From the NCBI GenBank assembly GCA_965153285.1, contig OZ229114.1: 64,000 bases of DNA; one strand, written 5' to 3'. Below, one piece after another: positions 1 through 11,286 of this stretch. Every line of letters starts with the position of its first letter. The first letter of the stretch is position 1. A model generated the notes under the pieces. That model searched no databases. It was not told the DNA's origin and worked only from the letters and a program-made list of their open reading frames with translations. Source of the stretch: Podarcis tiliguerta (taxonomy: Eukaryota). A program made the position numbers and the translations under genes.

Positions 1-56
1 CCCTTGTACTAACTGAAGAGCTGGCTCACTGATAAGGCGGATGAAGCGCCAGTCAC

Positions 57-103
57 AGCGTGCGCACGCGCACACACACACACACACACACACATACACA
101 CAC
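57..103. repeat. Alternating purine-pyrimidine (CG/CA)n microsatellite
   Basis: gcgtgcgcacgcgcacacaca... read directly. Confidence 0.9.
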
Positions 104-131
104 CCTGCTTCACCACCGCAAGAACACTCAC

Positions 132-189
132 CCAGTCTGTGAGAGCAGGGAGCGTTCCAGCATGGTGCATTGCCGCTCCTCTTTCCCAT
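132..189 (-). CDS. ABLIM1: Internal alternative first coding exon of ABLIM1 (short isoform lacking LIM1-2), encodes MGKRSGNAPCWNAPCSHRL + 1 nt
   Basis: ATG at 189 in strong context (AAGATGG), 58 nt to consensus donor G|GTGAGT at 131-126. It ends in phase 1, the same phase as exon 7180-7289, so it could join the next LIM3 exon outside the window. Surroundings are GC/CpG-richer and promoter-like. Confidence 0.65.
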
Positions 190-1904
190 CTTTGGGATGG
201 AGAAGATGTGCTGCAACGCCTTGTAGAACGCTTCCTCCTCCCACTGAGACTGCAAGAAGGGAGGTGTTCTGCGGCTGAGCTTTGCCACTGAGTGGGCAGG
301 GAGGTTTGACAAGGGAGACGTGGTTCCCAAAGCTCCCCCAGCCCAGCCCAGAAGGGTGGCAAGCCTTTGCACTGGCTGCTTCTTAAGAAACCCGCACAAA
401 GCCTCCCTGTTGGATGGGAAGGGAGCTTCGTAAGACATTTCTCCTTAAGGAGAAGCGCTTTCCAAAGCTTTCCCACCCCAGCCTGGAGGAGTGGTGAGGC
501 TTTCCAAGGGATTCACCTTTCTGAGCCTTTGCAAATCCTTGTCGCTGGGCATGTGGGGGTGGGGATTCTACAGGAGCCTTTTCGCCTCAGGCGCCAAAAC
601 GTCTTCAGCCACCCCTGACTAACTGTACAAATGTGCAGTTTGGGGCTATATTATAGTCTGAGAGCACAAAAGTCATCTCTATCAACACCCCTCAAAAAAC
701 TCCCAGAATTCCCAGTGAACTGTTGCCGAGGCCCATCAGAATGCAACACTTTAAGAAACATGGGACAGAGAGGATAATCTGCTACCTTTGGCCTTCATGC
801 AGCAGTATAGGAATATGAATACCTCACAACAGAAGTTTTTGACAGAAGACAGTGCTGCAGGAGACATATCTAAAAGTGATCCATTGCAGGGATGGCTTTT
901 TTGTGTGAAAACAACTTGGATTTATATTTACCGTTTGTTTCTACATGCCATTTAATATATTAGGATGTGATGTGGAGGATTAGAACAGGCATATTTGAGA
1001 CTAGAGATATATATCTCATATCATTTCAAAAAGCAGCTGAGGGCAGAGTCAGAAAAAGGGGATAATATTGCTTGGGGATCTAATCTGACTGGTCTGTATT
1101 TTGCCAATGCCTGCAATAAAATGCTTTTTATAAAATAAATCTATTTTGACATATCATAACTGACGTTCACCATACACAAATGTCATGCCCTATATAATCA
1201 CTTTCACTGCAGGCTTTCTAAGCTATGTTCTTACAGTTTACAACACAGTGACACTTTGTTTAAACTCTGTTCTTTCAACTTACATTGACACTAATACACA
1301 TACATGCAAACTTACACACCCCCAGTTGAAATAAAAAGATTTAAAGTTTCTCTGTGCAGAATCGTAACACAGGAACCTGAGAAACCTGGAAACCATACAT
1401 TTGCACTGAGAAATAGTGTGGATTATGCAATGGCTACTATGACACAGCAACAAGAAATCTATTTATTTTCAGTACCACAATATTTCCTTAGTATCAACAG
1501 ATATATAGCATATGGAGGCAAAATTTAAACCCTAGTGAGTGCCTGTGATTGGGCTGCACACAGCAAAACCTGGTATAACACAGCAAAACAACACACACAA
1601 ACATCGGGAGTGGGGAGAGATCTTACTACAGTTACCATAAATCATGTACACTGTTATTACTATGCAAAACCAGCCCAGAAAATCACCAATAACATACAAA
1701 AAATTCACAACATAGCAAGATACAATGGGTGATCTTCATGAGTTTTTCTGTATACAAACTACAGCTTATAGCGTGGTATACTCATCTGAAAATTCATTCA
1801 TTTTGAATAAATCATGTAAAGCATTAGGCAGGCTACACTCCAAACTTGCAAACCATATTCCATTATATTCTCACTAAAGCACAGTGATATGGCAGCCTTC
1901 TACC

Positions 1905-2064
1905 TCCTCTGCTTCTGAATACCAGTTGCTGGAAACAGCAGAGTGGAGAGTACTATTGTTGCTCAGGTCCTGCTTGTGGTTTTCCCACAGGCTTCTGGTT
2001 GAGAACAGAATGCTAGACTAAATGAGTTGTCAGCCTGATCCAGCAGGCCCTTCTTATGTTCTTA
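1905..2064 (+). mobile_element. Degenerate CR1-type LINE/SINE 3' end fragment
   Basis: Ends ...cctgatccagcaggcccttcttatgttctta, a typical CR1-type tail. Related copies at about 9600-9667 (+) and 55360-55510 (-). Confidence 0.5.
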
Positions 2065-3276
2065 CACTCTTATAATGTTGTTCCCATGGACCTCTTTACC
2101 CATATAAATATACAGCACAGCAGCATGGTGTGTGGGAGGGAGGAATGTAGGTTGCCATTAACACAGTGCCATTTACTGAAATTTAAGATATCTTTTTTAC
2201 TTCTCCTCTGAGAAAAAATTCATTGTTGTGTATATAGAGAACAATAATCCACTGATGTTTAGTCTCCAAGAGTATGAGATATATCTCACTGGGGACTTGA
2301 TTAATCCTTTCAGGGACAAAAAACACGCAGCAGGATTTCAAGGTCTGTTTTATCCAGGCCTTGAACAGGGCAATTTACCAGTGGCTCCCTATCATCTTAT
2401 GAATGCCTTGTTCACTTAATGTACAATAGGTGAACCTGTTTCTCTCTGGCAGATATTTAATAGTATACCTTTTTGGCACATAAACACTTAATGTGGAGAG
2501 AACACAAGAGCATTACAAGGACAAGGCAGGGCAGTCTTAAGTATTATAAATCTGAGGGAGATATAGGTTCTTCTGTCTCTCACACACAGTTTTTTAAGGG
2601 TGTGTGTGAGAGCAGAGAAATAATTTATATATGGCTGGCAGGCAAAAAAAGAGAATGAGATGGAGCCTGGATATGTCATGACTGGCAAAATTAAACCTGT
2701 AGAACCACAATTAGGGTTGCGTTCGTTCCCAGGAGATCTAATAGTAATTGATGCAATTGTTTCAAACTACAAATATAAAGAGCTGATTTCAAAGGATGCT
2801 ATCAACAAATCTCAGTCTTCAAGAAGATGGAAAATTGTGAGTACATATCGAGTGATAAAACTGGGCCTATTGCCTGATTCTGAGCTGTTAACTTACCCCT
2901 GAGCCAATTGTGCAATTTTATAAATGTACTGAGCAATCAAATCCTAGATCTTTAAAGAAAATTCAAGGTGTTAGGCAATAACAACAAATGCACTCTGTAA
3001 GTAAATTTAATATGCATTTTAAGCAAGTGTGCTAATGGGGGGGGGGTGGAGAAGAGATAGCTTTCTCTCTACTAATCTTCCCACTTGTAACACGTAGAAA
3101 CCTCTTAGATCCATGATATTTTGATCCCTCTCAGTGTACAAGAAGATCCAATTTGCTTCCAAAGCAGCTCCTTTTCAAATGCTATTCTATTTCAAATCTT
3201 TAGTAGATTTAGGAAATCTTTCATTCTAAACAGTGGAAAACCATGACAATATGACTGAACAATAAAGACCCTAGTT

Positions 3277-3390
3277 CAGGGGTAGTCAAAATGCTGCGCA
3301 CCAGAAGATATTGGACTACAACCATGATCCTTGGCCATGCTGGTTGGGGTTGATGGGAGTTGGAGTCCAACAACATCTAGAGGGCACCCT
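3277..3390. mobile_element. Degenerate hAT-type MITE (ggactacaa...gggagttggagtcc family)
   Basis: Internal inverted repeat ttggactacaac / gttggagtccaa. Same family as 31733, 35496 and 53675. Confidence 0.6.
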
Positions 3391-6300
3391 AGTAGCATAA
3401 TTTTGATGTTCCATGTTTGGGGATCTCTGTTCACAAAGAGAATATGGACACAGGGAGAGGCTATTGTTGTGGTCTGGAAGTGTTGTCAGAATAGGAGTTA
3501 TAAAACAGAAAGAGGCCTGATAAAAGATCAGGGAGTTGGGAGGACAGCCAGAGTATTAAAGATTTTCACTCTTCATTTCAGGCAAAGAAGAGGCATCATT
3601 CCAGTCATAAATTGTTACCAGGTTAAAGTAATATTTTGGAGCTGATCCTTGGAACAGACAATAGAGCTCTGTTTTGCTTGTTTGGTTTTTGCTTTCACTA
3701 CAAAGACTGGTTTCCATTTCAATTAGTGTGCAAACTGGGACAGTAACCAAGATGACTAAGCTTTGGACTCAGAATGTTCAGTGGTGGCTGGATCTCTTCT
3801 CTCTCCATAAACAAAGACATAAAGACAGAGTTCTCATGCTCATGGACAGAAACAATGCAGCATCCTCATTATCAAGGTCTTTTCACAGTCAACAGGAACA
3901 AAGAAATCGTGAAAAAACATGCCATTTCTACAGAAGCATGTATGTGTTAGAGGAATTCCAAAGAAGAAGTGTCAAAAAGTCTCTGCAGACAAGTATTCTG
4001 CATTTACTACGTGACAAACAGCTTGATTGTATTTCAGAACCCATTGTATAGCATTTATACATTCTCAACAAACTTAACTTCATAAAATTAGAATAGTCTT
4101 CATGCTTATAATAGATCTCATAAGATTGAGGGGATGGAGCAGTGAATTGAACCTGTGTACACCTAAATTCCTGAGCAGTACTCTTTCCCAAATTCCTTTC
4201 CTCCTCCTCATTTTCATTCAGTATATGCCTCTATGGATTTTTAACCATTTCAGTTATCTTTCAATATAGCAAATTCTGAACTCACATTTTCCTTTGACTT
4301 GGTCATACGTGTGTGTGTGTGTGTGTCTGTGTGACGGGGGGGGGGGAGAGGGAGAGAACATCAAGAGCTAAAGTGATTTGAAAAAGAGTGAGCTCCTGGA
4401 TGGAAATGTTTATTTTTTTCTATAAGCTATTATGTAAATAACATGTTATTATATCTGACGAGTAGAGATCATAGTTCCAAACTATTACAATTCCCTTGGC
4501 TCTGGCTTCACAATGAAGTAACTCTGCAGTTACTGTAATCCGTTACCTATAACCTTGGCATTTTCTGTCTAAATGGCATTAAAATTTCAGGTTCCGGACT
4601 GCTCTCCGTGGACAGCAGACCTGCTATCTTTGAGGCAAACTGAACAAAGGATCTTCATTTTAGAAGCAATCAACGAAAGGGTGACAAGTCCGCTCACCCT
4701 TTCAGTGTTGTGGTGTTGCAGGACAGCAGAGGTTCCACTAAGGCTCCAATGAGGGAATTGTAGCATCGGTGCCCCATCCAGATAGGTGTTGGGGGCTCTC
4801 CCCTGCCATTGTGTCATCTCCAGCCTAAGTCCTGCACATTCAAGGTTCCCACTCAAGAGACGACCCTATGTACATAAAGATGTTTCCTCCAGTGTCCTTG
4901 CTCTCTATGCAATCATTAATTGCATAGTTGTGAGCACCTGAAAACTGCTCCTGTTTTGTCGCTCCCAGGGCACTCCAAGATCCCCCCTCTCTGCAGAATG
5001 TTCCTTAGGTGTACCAATTTGCAGCGCCTCAGAGACCTTTTGAAGGCTTTTGAGCCAATGTTTCTATGTTCCATACTGGACAGTTTTCAAAAGTTGTCAC
5101 TTTCAGAGTACTGTACTCCCAAGATTCAATGCATTGTCTCTTGTCAGTTTCAGTATTGAATCCTTCCTGTCATAAACCGATGGAAGGAAAGGATTTCCAT
5201 TCAATAGCTCACTTGCTCCTTTTTTTCATCCATTCCTCTGAATTTGAAATTAATGAATTAGAAACTAATGGGGGTGCATTTATTTTACCTTCAATCTTAT
5301 TATATCACTGAGTTCTGAATGATAGAGTTGTGTTTATTGAGAGATTTAACACACATAGCCCTTGTATGAAAATATACACTTTCTCTTTCATCACAGCTAA
5401 AATATTCAACTACCTATACTTTTAAAAAGGAAAGACAAACACCCAATATTATCACCATAAACATACAACAGAAATTTCACTGGAAGATACAATAATCCTC
5501 TTTTATCTAAAATCTACAACTAAGGCAATTGAAAAATTTTATCATCTTTCTTTCTCTACCTATCTCAAATAAGCTTTCTTGCTAATCTACTTAACAGCAA
5601 GTAACCAAGTAACAGAGACACATCCTATAAAAGAGATTTACTTCTGAACAGGGCTACATTACAAAACATGACTTCAAAAGGAGAGGGAAGATTGATGAGG
5701 CTTGCAGCTTTGGAATGAAGCGGAAGATCTGGAATATTTTGCACTAATTAAAATTCACCTGTCAGAGCAGGAGAGTAGAAACCATCACATGAGAGAAGAG
5801 ACGTGGAAGACAAATGTTTGCCAGCTACCATTTTTCTGAAGTTTGCTTTTTAAACTCTATTCAACTTCATTTTCCAGCAGAATTAGCATCTGGTGTTCTT
5901 AGCAAAACTTGGCATTAACATTATCTTATACTTCCCTTCAACAATGACAACAGATGACCACCAGAATTTTTACCTGTATAGTATAATCTCTCTCTCTCTC
6001 TCAACAAATGTACTCACATACGTCTTTGGATGATGGGACTGCTGGTTTACTTTGCCACTATATCTCTTAACATAATCATCACAAAATTGTTTCTTCTTTA
6101 CAAACTACTGTCAACAATTATTTACAATTTAATTCCTAAGATGACATTAAAAAAAGGTGCAACAGCTGAAATTGTGAAGTTCTTATTTAAAAATTTAGAA
6201 TCTGATTTTGAGGATCTTTTGGCATTCCTAAACTAGCAAACCAACTAGCCACAACTCATGTATCCACTGCGTATAACACTACAATAGGGTTATTATTTGC

Positions 6301-7179
6301 CAATTTCGCAACTGTAAAAATCTGAAATTTCATTCAGACCTTGAAAATGCCCCACAGTAGCTACCAAGAGGTGAGAAACGAGTGATCAGTCATCACTGCC
6401 AGTAACTGCCAGCAGTACTGAGAGATTTTAAAAACCTCAGGAGGCAATTCAGGATGGCTGAAATGTTTGTACTTAGAAAACAGAAAAGAGCTAATCCTTT
6501 CCTGTAACGTTTTACTCTTTTTCCAATCAGTCCAAGTATTAACATGACCAAAATATCAGGAGATACAAGTAATTATTATAAAACACTTGTAGAGAGTGTC
6601 TAGTTGATGTACTCCAAAAGCTGAGCGTTACGAGAGGTCATGGCTTTGGGGAAAGGGAAGGGGAAACACATGGTGTACAGCAAATCAGTTTTTAAATATT
6701 ATATTAGATACAAATTTTCCATCACAATAAGGGAACTGTGAGATCAAATGTTATGTTACCACTCTCTAGACTTCAGGTAATTTTCAGTTTTCTAAAATTC
6801 TTTTTATACGTAGCAATTACTTGAAACATTGCAAATTCACTTTCACTTTTTTCTTTTAATGGGAATCGCAGCACTTACATCAACAGGGCAAAACTAGATT
6901 GTATATTCTCTGGGGCATCTACTATCAAAAGCACTAGGGACTAGAGTGCATTTTGAGAGAAAAGACATGCCATGGGATCAGTTCAAGAGACTAATTCACA
7001 AAATACCTTCTCCATGCATGGTTAAAAATGTAGTGCTCAGATTTCCAGAATGCAGAACTGAGCAGCCCCAGAAACAAATCAGCACTGCTCAGGTTATACA
7101 GAACAAATGGTACAAAATAGAGAGCAGGCTATCCAAGAGTTCAATTTTGTAGTTTAGGAAAAGATTACAGAGTACTTAC

Positions 7180-7289
7180 TGCTGGAACTGGAGAGTTCTT
7201 TTGGGCTGGATGACATAGGCTGAGCACACATTTGACAGAGACAGTCTCTTCCATTAAAGGTAACCCGGTCTCCTGGTGGGAAAGGACGT
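7180..7289 (-). CDS. ABLIM1: ABLIM1 internal exon (110 bp), end of LIM2 plus linker: (K)RPFPPGDRVTFNGRDCLCQMCAQPMSSSPKELSSSS
   Basis: Not in the ORF track; translated by hand. Acceptor ttctgttctttcgttctccAG, donor A|GTAAGT, phase 2 in and phase 1 out, in frame with exon 8450-8633. Near-identical to ABLIM1 as recalled. Confidence 0.96.
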
Positions 7290-7710
7290 CTGGAGAACGA
7301 AAGAACAGAAGGATTTTAATTCAAGGTTATCTGTGGAGTTTCATTCTTTCAGTCTCTTTCTCATCTCTCTTCAGCCGCCGCCTTTGGTGCAAATCAATAT
7401 CTCGCAGGAATGTGGGCCAAAAATGTTCAAAATGCAACACTGGCAAAGCCAGGCACTTGGAGAAAATCCAAAAGACTAAATGCACCTCCACTGGAAGAGA
7501 AGCAGATGTTAGATGAGACTGCCTGATAGTTTCGCTTCAAAAAAAAGATATCACAGGAACAGCATGAAGAGGTTGTTCTTTTAAAAGTCTAGCATACATG
7601 AAGGTTTTCATTTGGGAAATATGGCCAATGGACTTTCTATGCTCATGCAAAAATCAACCACGTAGCAGTCTTTTGCATTCTGGACATCCAGCTTCTTTTA
7701 AATTAGTTAA

Positions 7711-7849
7711 GATAGCATAGTTGGTTAGAGCATGGTGCTGATAATGCCAAGGTTGCAGGTTCAATCCCCATAAGGGATAGCTGCATATTCCTGCATTGCA
7801 GGTAGTTGGACTAGATGATCCTTAGGGTCCTTCCAACTCTATGATTCTA
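7711..7849 (+). mobile_element. tRNA-Ile-derived SINE with CR1-type tail (POM/Squam-like lizard SINE)
   Basis: Head agttggttagagcatggtgctgataatgccaaggttgcaggttcaatcccc matches tRNA-Ile with A/B boxes. Tail ttggactagatgatcc...ttccaactctatgattcta. Second copy at 62698-62843. Confidence 0.8.
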
Positions 7850-7994
7850 AGTGCTGATCAGATGGCTCATGCTCAGCAACTGATGTGCTCAACCAGCCCC
7901 ATAGTTTGAGCAATTTCTAATCTTCTCAACAGTCACAGAGTAGTGTAGGCCCCCTGGGAACAGCACTGAACTACAACCTTTCACATAAGAAGGA

Positions 7995-8076
7995 AAAGCT
8001 TACAGCACCAAGTATTCCCAGGCAGCCTTCCAATCAAGTACTAACCAGGAATGATTCTCGCTCAGTTTCCAAGCTC
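7995..8076 (-). pseudogene. Truncated, degenerate 5S rRNA copy (pseudogene or 5S-derived SINE head)
   Basis: Reverse complement ...cctggttagtacttgattggaaggctgcctgggaatacttggtgctgtaagcttt aligns to the 3' two-thirds of vertebrate 5S rRNA, including the internal control region and T-run. Confidence 0.8.
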
Positions 8077-8205
8077 CAATGTACTCAGAATTACATTCAC
8101 ACTTAACCCTTCACAGTATAGTAACTGGAAAATAGCTTTCATGAATTATAATTGACTTCCAACCCAGGAATAGAATGATGATATTGTTGCTGTTATTGTT
8201 ATTGT

Positions 8206-8231
8206 ATAATAATAATAATAATAATAATAAT
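8206..8231. repeat. (AAT)n microsatellite
   Basis: read directly. Confidence 0.9.
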
Positions 8232-8449
8232 TTGGTTCTGTTTCACTCAGCTTCAGGGGCAAATAGTGGTGAGGACAAAGAGAGTATTTTCAGCAGGAAA
8301 ATAGTATTAGGGAGAAGGTTACCCCTCCCCCCACTATTTACCATTTATATAATGTTTTATCATGTATGTAATTTTTAATATGCATCTCTCACTTTGCATT
8401 GGTACTGTCTGCAGTCCTGAAGTGGTTTATCTAACATCAGATGACTTAC

Positions 8450-8633
8450 TTGCATACAGTGCAGGCAAAGCAGTTCGGATGATAGGTCTTCCCAAGAGCA
8501 GTTACAACTTCTCCTTCCACAAACTCCCCACAGCCATTGCATCGGGTCCCGTACATCCGCTGGTAATCCACAGTACAAAGGTAATCTCCATTCTTAATGA
8601 AAAAGCCACCTTGAGCTAAGTCGCACCCGCACA
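8450..8633 (-). CDS. ABLIM1: ABLIM1 internal exon (184 bp), second half of LIM1 and first half of LIM2: (V)CGCDLAQGGFFIKNGDYLCTVDYQRMYGTRCNGCGEFVEGEVVTALGKTYHPNCFACTVC(K)
   Basis: LIM zinc-finger Cys/His spacing. Acceptor ttttcctctacAG at 8635-8634, donor AA|GTAAGT at 8449, phase 1 in and phase 2 out. Confidence 0.97.
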
Positions 8634-10280
8634 CTGTAGAGGAAAAACAGCAACAACAACCAATCAAACAAGAACAACAATCAATAGAACATCAAGGAGT
8701 TGAAAAGTGCATTTGTTCATGAGTGGCTGGTGGAACAGAATATTATGAGGGATGTACTGCGATGCCAGCGGCAGCCCACACAGGAAAGAGATATGGCTTT
8801 GGAGGCACCACTCAGCCGTGGTGCAAGCAGAGGCTTGGAGTCACCTGTAAATCCCAGTGCCTATCTATAGCAGTGGGGGATTCATGTTATATTATTACAT
8901 ATTATATTATAAGATTAGTTTATAAAAGCAGAAATCATTACAAATTCAAACTGCAACTGTCAGTTCTCCCCCACCCCAATCTTAATTTTGGTGAAGATAA
9001 GGCCACAGAAAACTCAGCCTTGCTGTTTGCAAAACCAATTTCCAGCATATCAGAAAGTAGGCCCATTGCTAATTAATTCAGTGGATTTTTAACAATTCAG
9101 TTCTTCAGGGATCACCCAGTTAGCTACTATTCATACTGTGTAGAACTTTTAATATACAAACTATTTCATTATCAATATCTCATTCACTCATTAAAATTAT
9201 TTTTAATGTGAACTCTCACCACTTTACAGAATCAGAGTGAAGCAGAGAACCAGTTAGTCTATGCCCTATCCAGAAATTCAAATCCAAGGCTCCACAATCT
9301 ATCCATGTCAAATACTAGTCGTCCCTTTTGCAGAATTCCATATTTTACCCTCCCCCTGTTTTACCAAAGTTATCCTACCAAAGTATTGAGTTCTTAACAT
9401 CTGTCAGCACATTTATATTAACAACTCTGCAATCCAGTGAGGAAGTAGCTACAATTACTCTCCTGATTTGAAAGAGGAACGAGCTGACAGCTAAGGACAA
9501 GTCATTGTTTCCTGCTTGTCACCTAACACTATTCCCCTCACTACACTCTATATCCTCTCAGTAGGTAATACAAATTGCTATATCTTGTTGAAAGATGGAG
9601 GCATCTGGCTTGCCATGTCTGAAATGAGAATGCTGGACTAGATGAACCTTGTCATGTTTTCTTATGAGCTGGGAGCTTAGCTTCACAAATGAGCTAATGC
9701 ACTAGTGCTTCTCGTTTCAAGAGATCATCTCTATGAGGCTCTCAGCAGGATGACTTCAGTAGCCTCCTTCACAGTATTTCTTTGTAACTCAAAGCTACTT
9801 TACAATGATGACACTGTCATCTCCAGTTACAAGATGCTCTGGAATAAGGCTGGTCTTGTTGGCTTAAAGAATATACACAAAAAACAACCAAGTATATACA
9901 GCATACCCCATTATGCTTGACATATTGGGCAACATATTTCCCCACAGATTAGCATATACCATCACCGTTTTATAAAGGGAGTCTGCATACTAACCAATCT
10001 GCTACAGAATACTCTGCATCTGAACAACTTATGCAACCTTAATCACTATTTCATGGCCATATTGTAAGCAATAAATAATTTGTTTTTAATAAGCCTATAT
10101 GTATTATTATTCAAATACAATTCAAAATCAGCATGTACAATGGAGTAATTCCAACCACAGCTTTCCTTCTGATTCTGATATAACTCATCATTATACACCC
10201 ATGTTGTGGAGTAACACTGAGGGATAAAATATTTTGGGGTAACAAGGAAGACCAGACAGTTTCCCTCACAATCGAATAAA

Positions 10281-11286
10281 CCTGGTGTTGACCTCTATGG
10301 ACATGAGTGATCTTACATTAAGTAGAAGTGACACAAAAGAAGTGCCATGGTCGGATCACCTCCTGGTGCAACTGGACCCTCCGCGACCCTGCAGGGAGGT
10401 GGGACTGATTCAGGTGGTCTGCCCCTGCCACTTAATGGATCCAAATGGTTTCCAAAGAGTGGCAGGGGATGCTTTATCCCATGTTGGTGGCCTTTCAGCT
10501 GAATCCTGACAAGACAGAGGTACTGTTTTGGGGGGATGGGGGGCAGACAGGTGTGGGGGACTCCCTGGTCCTGAATGGGGTAACTGTGACCCTGAAGGAC
10601 CAGGTGCAGAGCCTGGGAGTCATTTTGGACTCACAGCTGTCCATGGAGGTGCAGGTCAATTCTGTGTCCAGGACAGCTATCTACCAGCTCCACCTGGTAC
10701 GCCGGATGACCCTACCTGCCTGCAGACTGTCTCGCCAGAGTGGTGCATGCTCTGGTTATCTCACACTTGGACTACTGCAATATGCTCTGTGTGGGGCTAC
10801 TTTTGAAGGTGACCTGGAAACTACAACTAATCCAGAATACGGCAGCTAAACTGGTGTCTGGGAGTGGCTGCCGGGACCATATAACGCCGGTCCTAAAGGA
10901 TCTTCATTGGCTCCCAGTGTGTTCCTGGGCACAATTCAAAGTGTTGGTGTTGACATTTAAAGCCCTAAATGGCCTTGGGCCAGTATACTTGAAGGAGCGT
11001 CTCCTCCCCCATCGTTCAGCCCAGACACTGAGATCCTCCTCTGAGGGTCTTCTGCTTATTCCCTCACTGTGAGAAGTGAGGTTATAGGGAACTAGGAAGA
11101 TGGCCTTCTCAGTAGTGGCACCCTCCCTGTAGAACACCCTCCCTACTGATGTCAAGAAAATAAACAACTATCTGACCTTTAGAAGACATCTGAAGGCAGC
11201 CCCATATCGGGAAGTTTTGAATGTTTGATGTTTTAGTTATATGCTGTGAGCTGCCCAGAGTGGCTGGGGAAACCCAGCCAGATGGG
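10281..11286 (+). mobile_element. L2-clade LINE remnant, 5'-truncated and internally deleted
   Basis: Endonuclease-end motif PWSDH, then RT C-terminal motifs LNPDKTE, LGVILD, LDYCN, LQLIQN, HITPVLKDLHWLPV across frameshifts. 3' UTR ends gcccagagtggctggggaaacccagccagatggg followed by (GTT)n. Confidence 0.9.

Noticed and set aside
132-163. Alternative leader MLERSLLSQT(G) with good Kozak
   Set aside because: Ends in phase 2, but the next downstream exon requires phase 1 because exon 7180-7289 lies upstream of it
9-476. 155-aa minus-strand ORF
   Set aside because: Non-ATG start, reads through the splice donor and the (TG)n repeat, and is phase 0 at the donor. It is a shadow frame of the internal first exon.
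4451-4490. CTGACGA hammerhead-like box
   Set aside because: No GAAA box and no consistent stems
7232-7516. Plus-strand ORFs and a plus-strand polypyrimidine/AG acceptor at 7374 suggesting an antisense gene
   Set aside because: No recognisable protein and no partner exons; partly antisense to the real ABLIM1 exon
7711-7785. tRNA-Ile gene (also at about 62698)
   Set aside because: Acceptor stem is broken and it runs directly into a LINE-derived tail, so it is a SINE head
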